Source: a virus | Taxonomy: Duplodnaviria > Caudoviricetes | Length of the DNA: 64,000 bases | IMG/VR virus record: IMGVR_UViG_3300014613_000021 | Location: 1-64,000 of that record | Strand: one strand, 5' to 3' | Shown: positions 9,744-19,733 of the stretch, one piece after another | Position numbering within the stretch: the stretch's first letter is position 1 | Layout: every line of letters begins with the position of its first letter | Notes under the pieces: model-generated | The model's database searches: none | Told to the model about the DNA's origin: nothing | Seen by the model: the letters and a program-made list of their open reading frames with translations, nothing else | Made by a program: the position numbers and the translations under genes

Positions 9744-11468
9744 TCAAACACCACAAACACCACCCTTACCTGACATCTCACATACATCATGACACCTTTC
9801 CTCAAATTCTTCGCCTTCATTCAAAGAAGCCATTTCGTAAGATACGGGAACTAATGGTTGACCTCCCCTTGCCATGTCTGGGTAGCAAGTGAAACCCCTT
9901 AATCTGTGAGCGTATTTAACAAGTATATAAGCAAAGTCCTTTATATTATTTTCATTATTTAATTCAGTTCCCCAAGCAGGAAGATTTATTGTTGAGGCAA
10001 TTGCCTGGTCAACATAATCCTGAACATCTGCCTGAAACTTAATCCTTCTTTCAGGGTCTTTTGCCAACCCTAATGCCGTTTCGATTTCATTCGGATTAAG
10101 TCCATGCTCATTTATTAAATGCTTTGCTGTTCCATCAATAACATATTGATATTTCCAGTCAAATTTGTTTTTGAGATACCTCCTTTTGTAGGCAATAGCA
10201 ATTAACGGTTCTATCCCTGTCGTTGTCCCTGCTAAAATACCTATTGTTCCTGTCGGAGCTATTGCCCTGAAAGCCTTTGGTCTGGAAATATTTAATTTAT
10301 CTGCTAATTCAATAGCAGATTTTTCAGATTCTTCTTTGTAAACCTTTAACCATTCATGTAACTCAGATACAACCTTATACCGATAACCCCTCTTTAAAAG
10401 CCACTCATGTACACCTAACAAACCAAGTCCAAGTCTCCTGTTCTTTTCTCTTACTTTATACATTTTTTCATAAGGTAATTTAGCAACTAATGTACCGCAC
10501 AAAAGAAACCTTACCCCAAGCCTGACACATTTTCTAAAATCTTCAATAGAATCAACATTAGCCATATTAATTGAGCCTAAGTTGCAAACATCAGAGTCAT
10601 CTTCTGAACAAATTTCTCCACAAGCATTTTTTAATGTTTCTTTTTCTTTTTCAAAGAAATTAAAGGCAAAACCAGGCTCTCCTGTTTTTAATGCCTGATG
10701 AACGTTTCTGTAAAAAACATCAGGGATGTTTTCAATAAATAAATTACCTTTATTTTCCAATCTTCCCTTTATTACATTAATCGGTAATTGATAAATTTCT
10801 TCAAGAAAAGCATTGTCATAATTTATTGAAATATTTGTCATATCTAATGGGGCTGGAAAATTAAAGTCAGTTTCCTTTACTTTTCCTACTGACAAATGAT
10901 TCCCTAACAAATCAAACGCTCCTGCTATTTTAAGATTATACCAATCTTTAACATGAAGCAATTCATTAATATCTCCATGTTTCCAATTCAAAGAAGCAAA
11001 GATTGCTGATCGCCTACTCCCACCCTGCATTACTTCACGGCCTATCTCGTTAATTATTTTCATTTTTGATATTGAGCCTGAAGCAACCCCCCCAGTCCTT
11101 TTTATTTGCTCCCCTTTTGGCCTGTAAACAGAATAATCACAGCCTATTCCCCCACCTGTCATTAAACATGACTCTGCTTTCCAAGATAGGCTTGCCCAAT
11201 CTTCACGTGAATCACATTCTGCTTTTAAAAGAAAACAGTTATTATAGAACTTATTATCTCGACCTGCATAATACAAATACCTCCCCCCGGCAATAAACTG
11301 CATTTTTCTGTGAATCTCTTTCAGTTCACTCAACTCATCTTTACTTAGTTTCCCTGAACAAACATCGTCTACAACTAAATTAGAAAGTTTTTCCCATGTT
11401 TCAGCCCCTTCATGCCAATATTTATTCTGAAATATTGTCTTTCCAAAATCAGTACGAAAATTACTCAT
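9744..11468 (-). CDS. nrdJ: Ribonucleotide reductase large subunit, probably class II (B12-dependent)
   Basis: NNCF, NACGE, CNLGSIN, IAPTGT motifs; C-terminal Cys pairs; no ATP cone and no nrdB-like neighbour. Confidence 0.75.
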   Translation of the reverse strand: MSNFRTDFGKTIFQNKYWHEGAETWEKLSNLVVDDVCSGKLSKDELSELKEIHRKMQFIAGGRYLYYAGRDNKFYNNCFLLKAECDSREDWASLSWKAESCLMTGGGIGCDYSVYRPKGEQIKRTGGVASGSISKMKIINEIGREVMQGGSRRSAIFASLNWKHGDINELLHVKDWYNLKIAGAFDLLGNHLSVGKVKETDFNFPAPLDMTNISINYDNAFLEEIYQLPINVIKGRLENKGNLFIENIPDVFYRNVHQALKTGEPGFAFNFFEKEKETLKNACGEICSEDDSDVCNLGSINMANVDSIEDFRKCVRLGVRFLLCGTLVAKLPYEKMYKVREKNRRLGLGLLGVHEWLLKRGYRYKVVSELHEWLKVYKEESEKSAIELADKLNISRPKAFRAIAPTGTIGILAGTTTGIEPLIAIAYKRRYLKNKFDWKYQYVIDGTAKHLINEHGLNPNEIETALGLAKDPERRIKFQADVQDYVDQAIASTINLPAWGTELNNENNIKDFAYILVKYAHRLRGFTCYPDMARGGQPLVPVSYEMASLNEGEEFEERCHDVCEMSGKGGVCGV

Positions 11469-11522
11469 ATAGTATAGAAGTTATATTTTTTATGAAATGC
11501 TTTCTTAAAGATAATAATTTTC

Positions 11523-12980
11523 TCAAAAATCATTAATAAACACCAATAATTTCCTTGCCCTCGTTATTGCAACATACTTTAAATTATCTTCCTGCCTTAA
11601 CTCCCAATCTTCTGTTGCATATTGACTTGGAATAAGATGAGGACGCAAAATAAAAACAGAATCAGACTCCAACCCTTTGCTCTTATGTATAGTTGACAAA
11701 ACGATTCCTTTGTTACTATCTTCTACAAACATCTTTTCAAGTTCTTTCTTAACTAAATCAAATGATCCAAAATGATTTGCAAGTATCTGTATTATATTTA
11801 TTTTCTCAAACAAACTTATATATCTCGGATGATTTACGTATTTTTTTACGCCTTTCTCCGCAAGTTCTTCTATTAATTCATCCAGATACCTCTTTAAAAC
11901 CCTCATTCCATGCTCAAATGAGCCATTTATTTCCGAAACTAAACTTAACAGGTTCTTTCCTATGTCCTTTCCTTTAATAAAACTTTTCTTTCCTTCCAGT
12001 AAAAATCTTAAATACAACTCAAATAACGGTAAATTATTCCGACAAAGAACAAAATCACCCTCTTTCACTTCCTTATAACTTCCATTTCTTACAACCCCTT
12101 TTTCTTTCTTCTCAGGGCTTTCTATTGTTTCAAATACTCCATTAGCTAAACTAACTATATCAGTTCCGCACCTGTAACAAACAGATAAAGGCAGGGAAAT
12201 CGTATTAGGTTCTCTTTTAAAATCATTGAAGGATTCAGGATTTGCAAAAAGAAATGAATAAATTGTTTGATTTACATCGCCAACAGCAACAAACCTGCCT
12301 CCGGGTTTCATTATCCTTTTTACTATTATCTGCTGAAGTCTATTCAAATCCTGACATTCATCCACAAAAACTTCATCAAATTGAGGTAATTCTATGTCAT
12401 TTCTTGTTGCAGGCAAATAAATCATATCGGTGAAATCAATAAACTTCTGTTCTTCAAAATTCATATTATTATACCTGTTCAGATAATCAAATAATTCAAT
12501 CGAATAACTAAGTTCATTTTCCGTATAATCTATTCCATACATATACGCCTTACTTGCAAGTTCTTGTTTTGATGAACACATTGCCAGCCTGTAAAGGTCA
12601 ACTAATTTACAAACATTATATAATATCTTCCCGTTTTTCTTTACGTCAATTCCCCATTTCTTTACAAACTCAAACGCTGCGCCAAATGTTTTGTTTTCTT
12701 TCAAAACAACCTTTGAATATCTTTTATAAAGTCCTCCTGCACCTATCGAATGAAGTGTTGCTACTTTAACTCCTTTCCGTACCCTATCCTTTAATTCGTT
12801 TACAATCGACTTATTAAAGGCTACAAAAACACAAGTCTTTCCTGCCGGAACAAATTTCAATAATTCCAATATTGTGGTTGTCTTTCCGCTTCCAGGAACG
12901 GCAGATATAACAATGTTTTTGTTTGTTTTACGATAAGTATCAAATATTTGCAATTGATAAATGGAAGGCTTAAAAGACAT
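11523..12980 (-). CDS. Superfamily 1 (UvrD/Rep-like) helicase
   Basis: AVPGSGKT Walker A, VDECQD, STIHKSKGLE, YVAITRAR. Confidence 0.9.
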   Translation of the reverse strand: MSFKPSIYQLQIFDTYRKTNKNIVISAVPGSGKTTTILELLKFVPAGKTCVFVAFNKSIVNELKDRVRKGVKVATLHSIGAGGLYKRYSKVVLKENKTFGAAFEFVKKWGIDVKKNGKILYNVCKLVDLYRLAMCSSKQELASKAYMYGIDYTENELSYSIELFDYLNRYNNMNFEEQKFIDFTDMIYLPATRNDIELPQFDEVFVDECQDLNRLQQIIVKRIMKPGGRFVAVGDVNQTIYSFLFANPESFNDFKREPNTISLPLSVCYRCGTDIVSLANGVFETIESPEKKEKGVVRNGSYKEVKEGDFVLCRNNLPLFELYLRFLLEGKKSFIKGKDIGKNLLSLVSEINGSFEHGMRVLKRYLDELIEELAEKGVKKYVNHPRYISLFEKINIIQILANHFGSFDLVKKELEKMFVEDSNKGIVLSTIHKSKGLESDSVFILRPHLIPSQYATEDWELRQEDNLKYVAITRARKLLVFINDF

Positions 12981-13266
12981 TCTCTCTTTCTTTCTCTTGA
13001 TAAATCTTAATTACAGGTCTTGTGTCCATCGGATCACCGTAAAAAATATAAATACACTCTCCATCTTCATCTTTGAACCAGATACCTCTTTTATGAAGTT
13101 TTTCAAATAACCCTTTATCTACATAAATAATCAAAGGAATCCACTGATTAAGAATCCTTTTTATTATTTCATCCAGATTAGGCTTTATTATCTCCCTTAA
13201 TTCAGGAATATTTACTGCATTATATACAGTACCAAGTTTCTTTACGTAAAATTTTAATTGTAGCAT
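12970..13266 (-). CDS. Hypothetical protein
   Basis: ORF track, overlaps helicase start. Confidence 0.55.
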   Translation of the reverse strand: MLQLKFYVKKLGTVYNAVNIPELREIIKPNLDEIIKRILNQWIPLIIYVDKGLFEKLHKRGIWFKDEDGECIYIFYGDPMDTRPVIKIYQEKERENVF

Positions 13267-13337
13267 GGGTTATACTGTTTTTGTTTTCAAATTTCGTAAT
13301 AGTCTGTGTTTTCCATATTGATTTTCAGTTAATTAAG

Positions 13338-13375
13338 AGGGGTTGTGTATATATAATAGTTAGCAACAATATGGG
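13338..13375 (-). repeat. Truncated attC-like site B1 (R'' and left arm only)
   Basis: Minus strand CCCATATTGTTGCTAAC-TATTA-TATATACACAACCCCT; R'' region complements the cassette start at 14400-14416 in 15/17 nt; no right arm found. Confidence 0.6.
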
Positions 13376-13407
13376 CTTAGTTCGTACCTCGTTTGAAAGT
13401 TTGTCGG

Positions 13408-14418
13408 TTAATCCCATAATTTTAAAATATTTTTGCCCTCGCACTTTGGCTTTTTCAAAGCCATTTGGATAGCATCATAGTAAGTAACTCCATTATTTGT
13501 TAGTTCCATTGCTGTTTTATATGCTTTAGGTTCAATTTCTTTTAATCTTTCAAATCTATCATCGTATTGGCAACCAAAACCGCAAACCATACAACCTGTT
13601 TGCGTTTCTCCTTTATCGTAAATTCCACAATAAGGTATTTTGTTTTTTCTTATAAAATCCCATTTATTTTCCTCAGTCCAAATTGATAAAGGATAACTTG
13701 CAATTCTTTTTGTATCAAATGAATTACATCCAGTAACCAAATATTTTTGTTTGCGTAATGTACTCTCATTTACTGATGTTCCGATGATTGGCTTTAATCC
13801 TGTTTCTTTCTCAAATTTAATAGCAGGTTTTTTCTTCAAATAATAGCAACATTTTTCAGATATTTCAAAAGGTGCATTTATTAAGTGTTGCCATTTATTC
13901 GATATTTTACCCTGATATGGTTTATCTGGTCTTCCATTTAATCTTAAATATTTATGCTTTTCGCTTTTCGCATGGCGATATTCTCTCAAATATTGCGATT
14001 GTTCTTTCGATATTAAAGGAAAGCCAAATTTTTCAATTACTTGTTTTAAGTTCATTTCAGGTTGCACCCATTCTATTCCATCTATATTTTTTAAAAACCT
14101 ATACATCTCAGGAAATTCATTTGTAGTGTTGAAAAATATTGCTCTAATATCTTTTTTTATTATCCTTGATAGATATAAAAGTATTGTACTGTCCTTACCT
14201 CCCGAATACGAAACATAAGCAGGATTAACGCCCATAAAAACATCAATAGTTTCAAGAGAATGAAATATCTTTTGTTCAAGCGTCCAACTTAATCTTTTGT
14301 TAAGTTCAGTAGTTGTTATTTTGTTTTCTTTTTTCCCCACCTTAAAATATTTTAAAATTATTACTGTGTTCCTCGTATTAGCATTTATAGTAATTGTCGC
14401 CCATACAGTTGCTAACAC
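13408..14418 (-). CDS. PAPS reductase-family protein, cassette-bounded
   Basis: SYSGGKDST PP-loop, KKKPA, YPLSIW, TGCMVCG; true start may be the downstream GTG (VGKKENK). Confidence 0.85.
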   Translation of the reverse strand: MLATVWATITINANTRNTVIILKYFKVGKKENKITTTELNKRLSWTLEQKIFHSLETIDVFMGVNPAYVSYSGGKDSTILLYLSRIIKKDIRAIFFNTTNEFPEMYRFLKNIDGIEWVQPEMNLKQVIEKFGFPLISKEQSQYLREYRHAKSEKHKYLRLNGRPDKPYQGKISNKWQHLINAPFEISEKCCYYLKKKPAIKFEKETGLKPIIGTSVNESTLRKQKYLVTGCNSFDTKRIASYPLSIWTEENKWDFIRKNKIPYCGIYDKGETQTGCMVCGFGCQYDDRFERLKEIEPKAYKTAMELTNNGVTYYDAIQMALKKPKCEGKNILKLWD

Positions 14419-14469
14419 GTCCTATATGTCATGGCGAAAAGCCACGCCACATAGCCCTATTCGTTGTGT
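14410..14469 (-). repeat. attC-like recombination site B2 (60 bp)
   Basis: Minus strand ACACAAC-GAATAGGG-CTATGTGGCG...CGCCATGACATATAG-GACGT-GTTAGCA. Confidence 0.7.
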
Positions 14470-14475
14470 GCAATA

Positions 14476-14715
14476 CTACCCAGCGTTAATACCAAGTAAC
14501 TTATTAAACTCTTGCATCACTTCTCCATCACCAGTAATCTTATGTATTCTGCTTTGAAGTTGAGTAATATCATTTTCTGTAAAATTACTCTCACTTAAAG
14601 ATTCAATACCTTCTTTTATTCGTTTCATATCGGCAGCCGAATCATATTCTTCCCGTTCTGCTGCGAGTTTCATTGAGCGTGTAAGCTCTGTAATTGCATA
14701 TTCATTTATTCTCAT
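14476..14715 (-). CDS. Cassette-borne small protein with UVR-like coiled motif
   Basis: LAAEREEYDSAADMKRIKE; cassette start GTTGTGTGCA complements its R'' TGCACACAAC exactly (10 nt). Confidence 0.7.
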   Translation of the reverse strand: MRINEYAITELTRSMKLAAEREEYDSAADMKRIKEGIESLSESNFTENDITQLQSRIHKITGDGEVMQEFNKLLGINAG

Positions 14716-14725
14716 ACCGTACTGC

Positions 14726-14856
14726 ACACAACAACAAATATAAATCAGTGGGGTTGCTGGTGTCTTTTTAACCCACGTGCCTTGTAATTAAGTTTGTAGC
14801 GGTTTGAAAGTGCAAGGCTTCAAATCCCCACCGCTTCATATTTTCGACCGTTATAA
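14726..14856 (-). repeat. attC-like recombination site B3 (131 bp)
   Basis: Minus strand TTATAAC-GGTCGA-AAATATGAAGCGGTGGGG...CCCCACTGATTTATATTT-GTT-GTTGTGT. Confidence 0.75.
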
Positions 14857-14985
14857 AACAGTTTGCCCCTTACAAGCTGGACAAACTTCATCAATCAGTG
14901 GGTTACAATTAGGGAATACCCTTCTACCTTTGCCATCACATAGAGGGCAAACCGATCCGTTAAAAATCAGAGCACATTTATTATT
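14851..14985 (-). pseudogene. 5'-truncated DnaJ-type zinc-finger mini-ORF ending in the B3 R'' box
   Basis: Frame KCALIFNGSVCPLCDGKGRRVF...CPACKGQTVL*; two CxxCxG motifs, no canonical start. Confidence 0.55.
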
Positions 14986-14989
14986 TACG

Positions 14990-15550
14990 TTACCTCATGT
15001 ATTTATCAATTCCCGATTTTACCTTTCTTACTCTATTTTTGTCTTTTGCTTTAAAATCCCGTATTGTGTTTAAATCCTTTTTTAATAATTCTTCATTCTC
15101 CTTACTCGTTAAAAGCTTTTCAATAGAAACAACCTCCAAATAAGTTTGTTTAACCTGAGAAACTTCACAAAGAAAAGTTTCGTTATTTCTTACAAACTCG
15201 CTTTTCTCTTTATTCAGAAAACAAATAATTTCTTCTTCTGTTTTTCCAATTAGCCTTTTATATCCCTTTCTTTCATCAAATACTTTCAAAAAATGAATCC
15301 GGACAGGATCTCCTACTTTATATGGTAAAACCTTGTTAATTGGTATAAGTTGTTCCGAAAACTCAGTTTCATTTCCATCGTTCACAATCTCACACACCCA
15401 CTTTTCACCATCTTCAAACCACTTTCCTGCAAGAGTTTTAAAAGACAAAACCTTTCCGTCTCCGGTTTTTCCTGTAAAAATATATTTTCCACTTTTACTT
15501 TCATTTTCGATAACAGTTACCTGAACTGTCTGTTTTTCGCCCGCTTTCAT
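14990..15550 (-). CDS. Hypothetical protein with repeated beta-barrel-like segments
   Basis: ORF track; internal repeat GKT..GKVLSF / GKT..EEIICF. Confidence 0.55.
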   Translation of the reverse strand: MKAGEKQTVQVTVIENESKSGKYIFTGKTGDGKVLSFKTLAGKWFEDGEKWVCEIVNDGNETEFSEQLIPINKVLPYKVGDPVRIHFLKVFDERKGYKRLIGKTEEEIICFLNKEKSEFVRNNETFLCEVSQVKQTYLEVVSIEKLLTSKENEELLKKDLNTIRDFKAKDKNRVRKVKSGIDKYMR

Positions 15551-15556
15551 GGTTTA

Positions 15557-17530
15557 CTATTTATTTAAAAGTTTACTAATCAATTCATTCATTATCTTCA
15601 TTGAATCACCCTCAACAAATTCACCTTTGTTTACTGCATTGGTTATAAACCTCTTTTCTTCAATCAAATCATGTATATCATGGTCAATAGTGTTTTCTCC
15701 TGAAAGATACCACGCCATAACAGAATTATCCTGCCCAATTCTGTGAACCCTGTCTTCCCCCTGATCATGTTCGGCAGGAGTCCATCCGTATTCCAAAAAT
15801 GCCACATTAGATGAAGCTGTTAAAGTTAACCCTACTGAACCGGCTTTTAAATTCAAAACAATGAGTTTTACATTAGGATCATTCTGAAACCTGTCAACTA
15901 CCTTTTGTCTTTCTTCTGCACTAACTGAACCGTCTATTTTATCACAATTAAAAGTTTTAGAAAGTTCATCAATTGTTTCCCTGTGATACGCAAACAAAAC
16001 TAACTTTTCTCCACTTTCAAGAAAATCCTGAACCCATTCAATAGCAGCTTTCATTTTTCCCTTTACTGAAAGTTGCTTTAACATATTGATTTTAACAAGA
16101 TGTTCTGCCCTTTCAGCGGCAGCAGCCCTCTGTTCTCTTTGTGCTTTTCTTGCTTCCCTCTGTTCTTCTTCTGACAAATGACTTATTGATTGCTCAAAAT
16201 CAACAGCTACATTCGATTCATTTCTCAAGTAATTGATAACATCTGCCTCAGCTTTTTTATATTCAGACTGATTCGTTATCGGTAAAGTAATCGAACACCT
16301 TTGTTTTGCAGGAAGTTCCTTTAATACTTCTGATTTATTCCTGCGGATATAACAGGTCGCCCTTAACTTTGTGTGAAGTTCATCCAGATTCTTTGCTCCG
16401 GAAACATCAAGTCCAAAACGTGACCTGTGAGCATCACAATACCTCTGCGCAAACTTCCACCACCCGCCAAATGAATCAAGTTTACTAAGTATTTCAAGTT
16501 GAGACGTTAATTCGATTGGTCTGTTAAGTATTACCGTGCCGGTAAGCATTATCAGATAATCAATTCCCTTTGTTAATTTCCTGACAGCTTCGGTTCTTTG
16601 CGCCTTTCTGGATTTAAGGTAATGGGATTCATCCATGATAATTGCCTTAAACCCCATTTTTCCTAAATTTTCAGACTGTTTCTTTACAATGTCGTAGTTG
16701 ATAACCATTACATCAAAATCATTACTTAAAACAGTATTAGAATCAATGACACAAACTTTATACTGAGTCCATTTCTCAAACTCTCTTTTCCAATTATACT
16801 TTAAAGAGTTTGGGCAGATAACAAGAGTAGGGGTTAAGTTCATGTAACGAATTGAAGCTAATGCCATTACTGTTTTTCCTAAACCCATTTCATCCCCTAT
16901 TATTATCTTCTTGTTCTTGACCGCATACTCAACTCCTACTTTCTGGAAAGGACGCAATACACAGCCTTCATTCAGTCCGGTAACATCAAAGTCTGTATCA
17001 TAACTTCCCGAAAGTTCTATATTCTTACTTACAGATTTCACATAGTCCTCAACTTCTTTTTCTATTTTTTTTATCAATTCAAAAACACCATTATCAATTT
17101 CAAATTCAGGATACTTTGAAATAAAATCCTGAACTTTTTTATATGAAATACGATCTAATACAACCGTCCAGATTTTAGAAATCGGATTAAACTTTTTTCC
17201 GTCAATAAGTTTAATATCATTGATAATTGAAGGATTGTAAGGAAAAAGAAAAGAAAGTCTAATCCCTTCAAGTTTTATCTTATAAGGATTTTCTTTCTTT
17301 CCATTACAGAAAATTTTAATCTTATCCAGTATTTCCTTTTCAACAGGAAATTCAAATTCCTGAAAAAAGTCAAGTGTTGGTTGTGAACTATCTTTTTTCA
17401 GTTCTATTTCCCACAATTTCCTTTCCCCATTCCACCTTCTTCCAGGAATAGTTTTTACTCCGGAAACAATTTGAGGATTGTAATCAAACTGTATTGAAAG
17501 TGTATTGTCGGATAAACTAACTTTTTTCAT
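15557..17530 (-). CDS. SNF2-family helicase with two N-terminal HARP-like domains (SMARCAL1-like annealing helicase)
   Basis: Duplicated F.YNP.I...K.I.G..W/FN motif; GDEMGLGKT, DESH, QGEDRVHRIGQ. Confidence 0.85.
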   Translation of the reverse strand: MKKVSLSDNTLSIQFDYNPQIVSGVKTIPGRRWNGERKLWEIELKKDSSQPTLDFFQEFEFPVEKEILDKIKIFCNGKKENPYKIKLEGIRLSFLFPYNPSIINDIKLIDGKKFNPISKIWTVVLDRISYKKVQDFISKYPEFEIDNGVFELIKKIEKEVEDYVKSVSKNIELSGSYDTDFDVTGLNEGCVLRPFQKVGVEYAVKNKKIIIGDEMGLGKTVMALASIRYMNLTPTLVICPNSLKYNWKREFEKWTQYKVCVIDSNTVLSNDFDVMVINYDIVKKQSENLGKMGFKAIIMDESHYLKSRKAQRTEAVRKLTKGIDYLIMLTGTVILNRPIELTSQLEILSKLDSFGGWWKFAQRYCDAHRSRFGLDVSGAKNLDELHTKLRATCYIRRNKSEVLKELPAKQRCSITLPITNQSEYKKAEADVINYLRNESNVAVDFEQSISHLSEEEQREARKAQREQRAAAAERAEHLVKINMLKQLSVKGKMKAAIEWVQDFLESGEKLVLFAYHRETIDELSKTFNCDKIDGSVSAEERQKVVDRFQNDPNVKLIVLNLKAGSVGLTLTASSNVAFLEYGWTPAEHDQGEDRVHRIGQDNSVMAWYLSGENTIDHDIHDLIEEKRFITNAVNKGEFVEGDSMKIMNELISKLLNK

Positions 17531-17532
17531 TT

Positions 17533-17934
17533 TTATAGTTTGTAAAAATGAATCAATAATCCTCTAACAAGTTCTAAATCTTTCCTGTATTTTTCAACAA
17601 GAAATGCAACATCTCTTTTAGACTGCATTTTTCTTGCCATAACGCATGGATTATCAACATTTTTAATTACAGCAATCCCTTTACTAATCCATTGCTGAAC
17701 TATTTCAGGAATACCAGAATCATAAATAGTAACGCCTCCAGAAAAAATCATATTGATTTTTTGAAGACTTTCTCTTGCCAAAGAAACCTCATCACTTTCA
17801 ATTTCTTCAGTAATTGCTTTTTTATTTCGTCTTTTTGGGTTGCCTTCTAAAGACCATGATCCGGTATTACGCTCATTAATTCTTCCCGTTTGACCTATTT
17901 TCATGATTCTAATTTTAATTAGTTTACTCAACAA
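17533..17934 (-). CDS. Hypothetical protein
   Basis: ORF track. Confidence 0.55.
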   Translation of the reverse strand: MLSKLIKIRIMKIGQTGRINERNTGSWSLEGNPKRRNKKAITEEIESDEVSLARESLQKINMIFSGGVTIYDSGIPEIVQQWISKGIAVIKNVDNPCVMARKMQSKRDVAFLVEKYRKDLELVRGLLIHFYKL

Positions 17935-17963
17935 AAATATAACTTTTATATTTATTTTCCAAA
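17932..17963 (-). promoter_or_regulatory. Bacteroidota sigmaA-type promoter
   Basis: TTTG-N20-TATTTTTG. Confidence 0.7.
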
Positions 17964-18008
17964 CAACAAACTAACTTTCTTCACCAAAAACAGTAATTTA
18001 AAAACAAT

Positions 18009-18515
18009 CTAAATAACAGAACCTTTAAGGTCTTTCTCATAACTCTTTTGAAACTTATAGTCAGCAAGCCTGTCAGCAATTTCATTGCCCTCGTCTCCGC
18101 TATGTCCGGGAATCCAGTTTATAGAAATATTTCCCTCTGGAAACATCCGATATTCTTTGAGCAACAAAAGCAGTAAATCAGTATTTTTTCTACCAAGAAA
18201 ATCATCCTTTTCCCACTGAAATATCCATCCTTTACGGAACGAATTAACCACATACTGAGAATCTGAATGAATTTCAAGTTTAACCGATTTGCCTGTGACA
18301 GTTTGAAATGCGGTTATCAAGGCTCTCAATTCCATCCTGCCAATTTTAGTATTTGAAAAACCTTTGGAGACTTTCTTTGTGTACCCGTTGTAAGTCAGGT
18401 AAACGCCAACGCCACCTAATTTTTCAGGATGTTTTGCATAACACGATCCGTCTACCCAACATTTTACTATCCTTTCTTCTTTTTTCATTTTCTTGTTTTC
18501 TCTGCTTCTATTCAC
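18009..18515 (-). CDS. rnhA: Ribonuclease HI
   Basis: WVDGSC, RMEL, HSDSQY, GHSGDEGNEIADRLA. Confidence 0.9.
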   Translation of the reverse strand: MNRSRENKKMKKEERIVKCWVDGSCYAKHPEKLGGVGVYLTYNGYTKKVSKGFSNTKIGRMELRALITAFQTVTGKSVKLEIHSDSQYVVNSFRKGWIFQWEKDDFLGRKNTDLLLLLLKEYRMFPEGNISINWIPGHSGDEGNEIADRLADYKFQKSYEKDLKGSVI

Positions 18516-18519
18516 TTTC

Positions 18520-18645
18520 TTACTGTCTCCTCCCTCTCACGTGTACGTGCGCATGTGCGCCTGCGTTTCTCCCTGTTCTTAACTGTCTATTACTTCTTAC
18601 TGTCTATTAGTGTCTATTATTACTCTTATATCCTATACTGTCCCA
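18520..18645. other. Candidate replication origin: iteron-like A(C/G)TGTCY repeats and an alternating purine/pyrimidine tract
   Basis: Five copies at 18522, 18582, 18599, 18609, 18637; non-coding; just downstream of the putative initiator. Confidence 0.4.
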
Positions 18646-18720
18646 AATTAAGTATAATAAGTCTACTTATTTAAAAGTAGTCTCTATGTTCATTTGTTTT
18701 CTAATAGTCATCAAAAAAAA

Positions 18721-19629
18721 TTAAATTTCGATGTAATTAGGCAAATTAAAATAGAAACTTTTGTCAAGAAATGACCAAATGAAATTTTGAGAAAACCGTT
18801 TTAGTTCCCTCACTTTTCTGATAGCTGCGGTCTGATTTTCTTCTTTTCCAAGAAAAACACGTTGCTTAAATACCGTACAGAAATTCAATCGCTCAATTCT
18901 TTGAAGTAACTTATAACTGCAACTTGTAGATTTGAACCCTAATAATTCACATAAACCGACACATGAAATTGTTGGCATTAAATTCAGGTTAAGTTTCTTG
19001 GAAACCTGATATTTTAATAAACCATTCAAGTATTCATCCAGATAATAAGGATCAGAGTCTATATTGGTGTTTAATGGTCGATATGTAAGGATATTCCCCG
19101 TCACGTCCATTTTAGCTCTGTTCGACACCACGTCTAATCTTTTCTTTTCTGAAATATACTTTCCAACTTCATAGTTCTGCCTGCGAATATTGAGGTTTAT
19201 TTCTTCAAAATCACAGTAATTAACAAAATTTGATAAGTATTCCTGAACATTCAATTTAACCAGCCTGAAATTACCCCTTCTAAAACGTTTTTTCTTTGTT
19301 TTTTGAACGGATAAGTCATAACCGAATATATCCCATAGCTTATGATAAGATATTAGATTGTAACTAAACTTTAGATTAACCACAATACCTAAATCAATAA
19401 GTCTTTTTAATTTTCGGAATAAAGAAGGTTCAGAAATTGAGAATCGTTCTGATACCATCTTTGCGAACCCTTCTTTTTTAAAGTATCCCTCTTTATTAAT
19501 TGATTTTAACTGATAAAAGAACACCATGTCTGAAAGAATTTTGTTCTTTCGGCATATCTTTAAAAACCCTTCAGGTACTTTTAAAACAGTTGTGGGGTCG
19601 TTATGTTCTTCTATTTCAGTTTCTTTCAT
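18721..19629 (-). CDS. Winged-HTH protein, putative replication initiator
   Basis: SERFSISEPSLFRKLKRLIDLGIV wHTH plus a second HTH-like segment; likely start is the ATG at 19629 after a structured leader. Confidence 0.5.
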   Translation of the reverse strand: MKETEIEEHNDPTTVLKVPEGFLKICRKNKILSDMVFFYQLKSINKEGYFKKEGFAKMVSERFSISEPSLFRKLKRLIDLGIVVNLKFSYNLISYHKLWDIFGYDLSVQKTKKKRFRRGNFRLVKLNVQEYLSNFVNYCDFEEINLNIRRQNYEVGKYISEKKRLDVVSNRAKMDVTGNILTYRPLNTNIDSDPYYLDEYLNGLLKYQVSKKLNLNLMPTISCVGLCELLGFKSTSCSYKLLQRIERLNFCTVFKQRVFLGKEENQTAAIRKVRELKRFSQNFIWSFLDKSFYFNLPNYIEI

Positions 19630-19730
19630 TAAAACAAAAAAAGCCCGCAGTTTGTTGCTAAACATCTAATATTGACAATACTGGAAGTTACAAACTTTGG
19701 GCAATATTTTATTGTCAAAATGTTTAGCTA
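19630..19730 (-). ncRNA. Structured 5' leader with alternative helices and U-tract (attenuator or riboswitch-like)
   Basis: GCTAAACAT/ATGTTTAGC, TTGACAATA/TATTGTCAA and GCCC..AGTTTGT/ACAAACT..GGGC followed by T7. Confidence 0.55.
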
Positions 19731-19733
19731 TCA

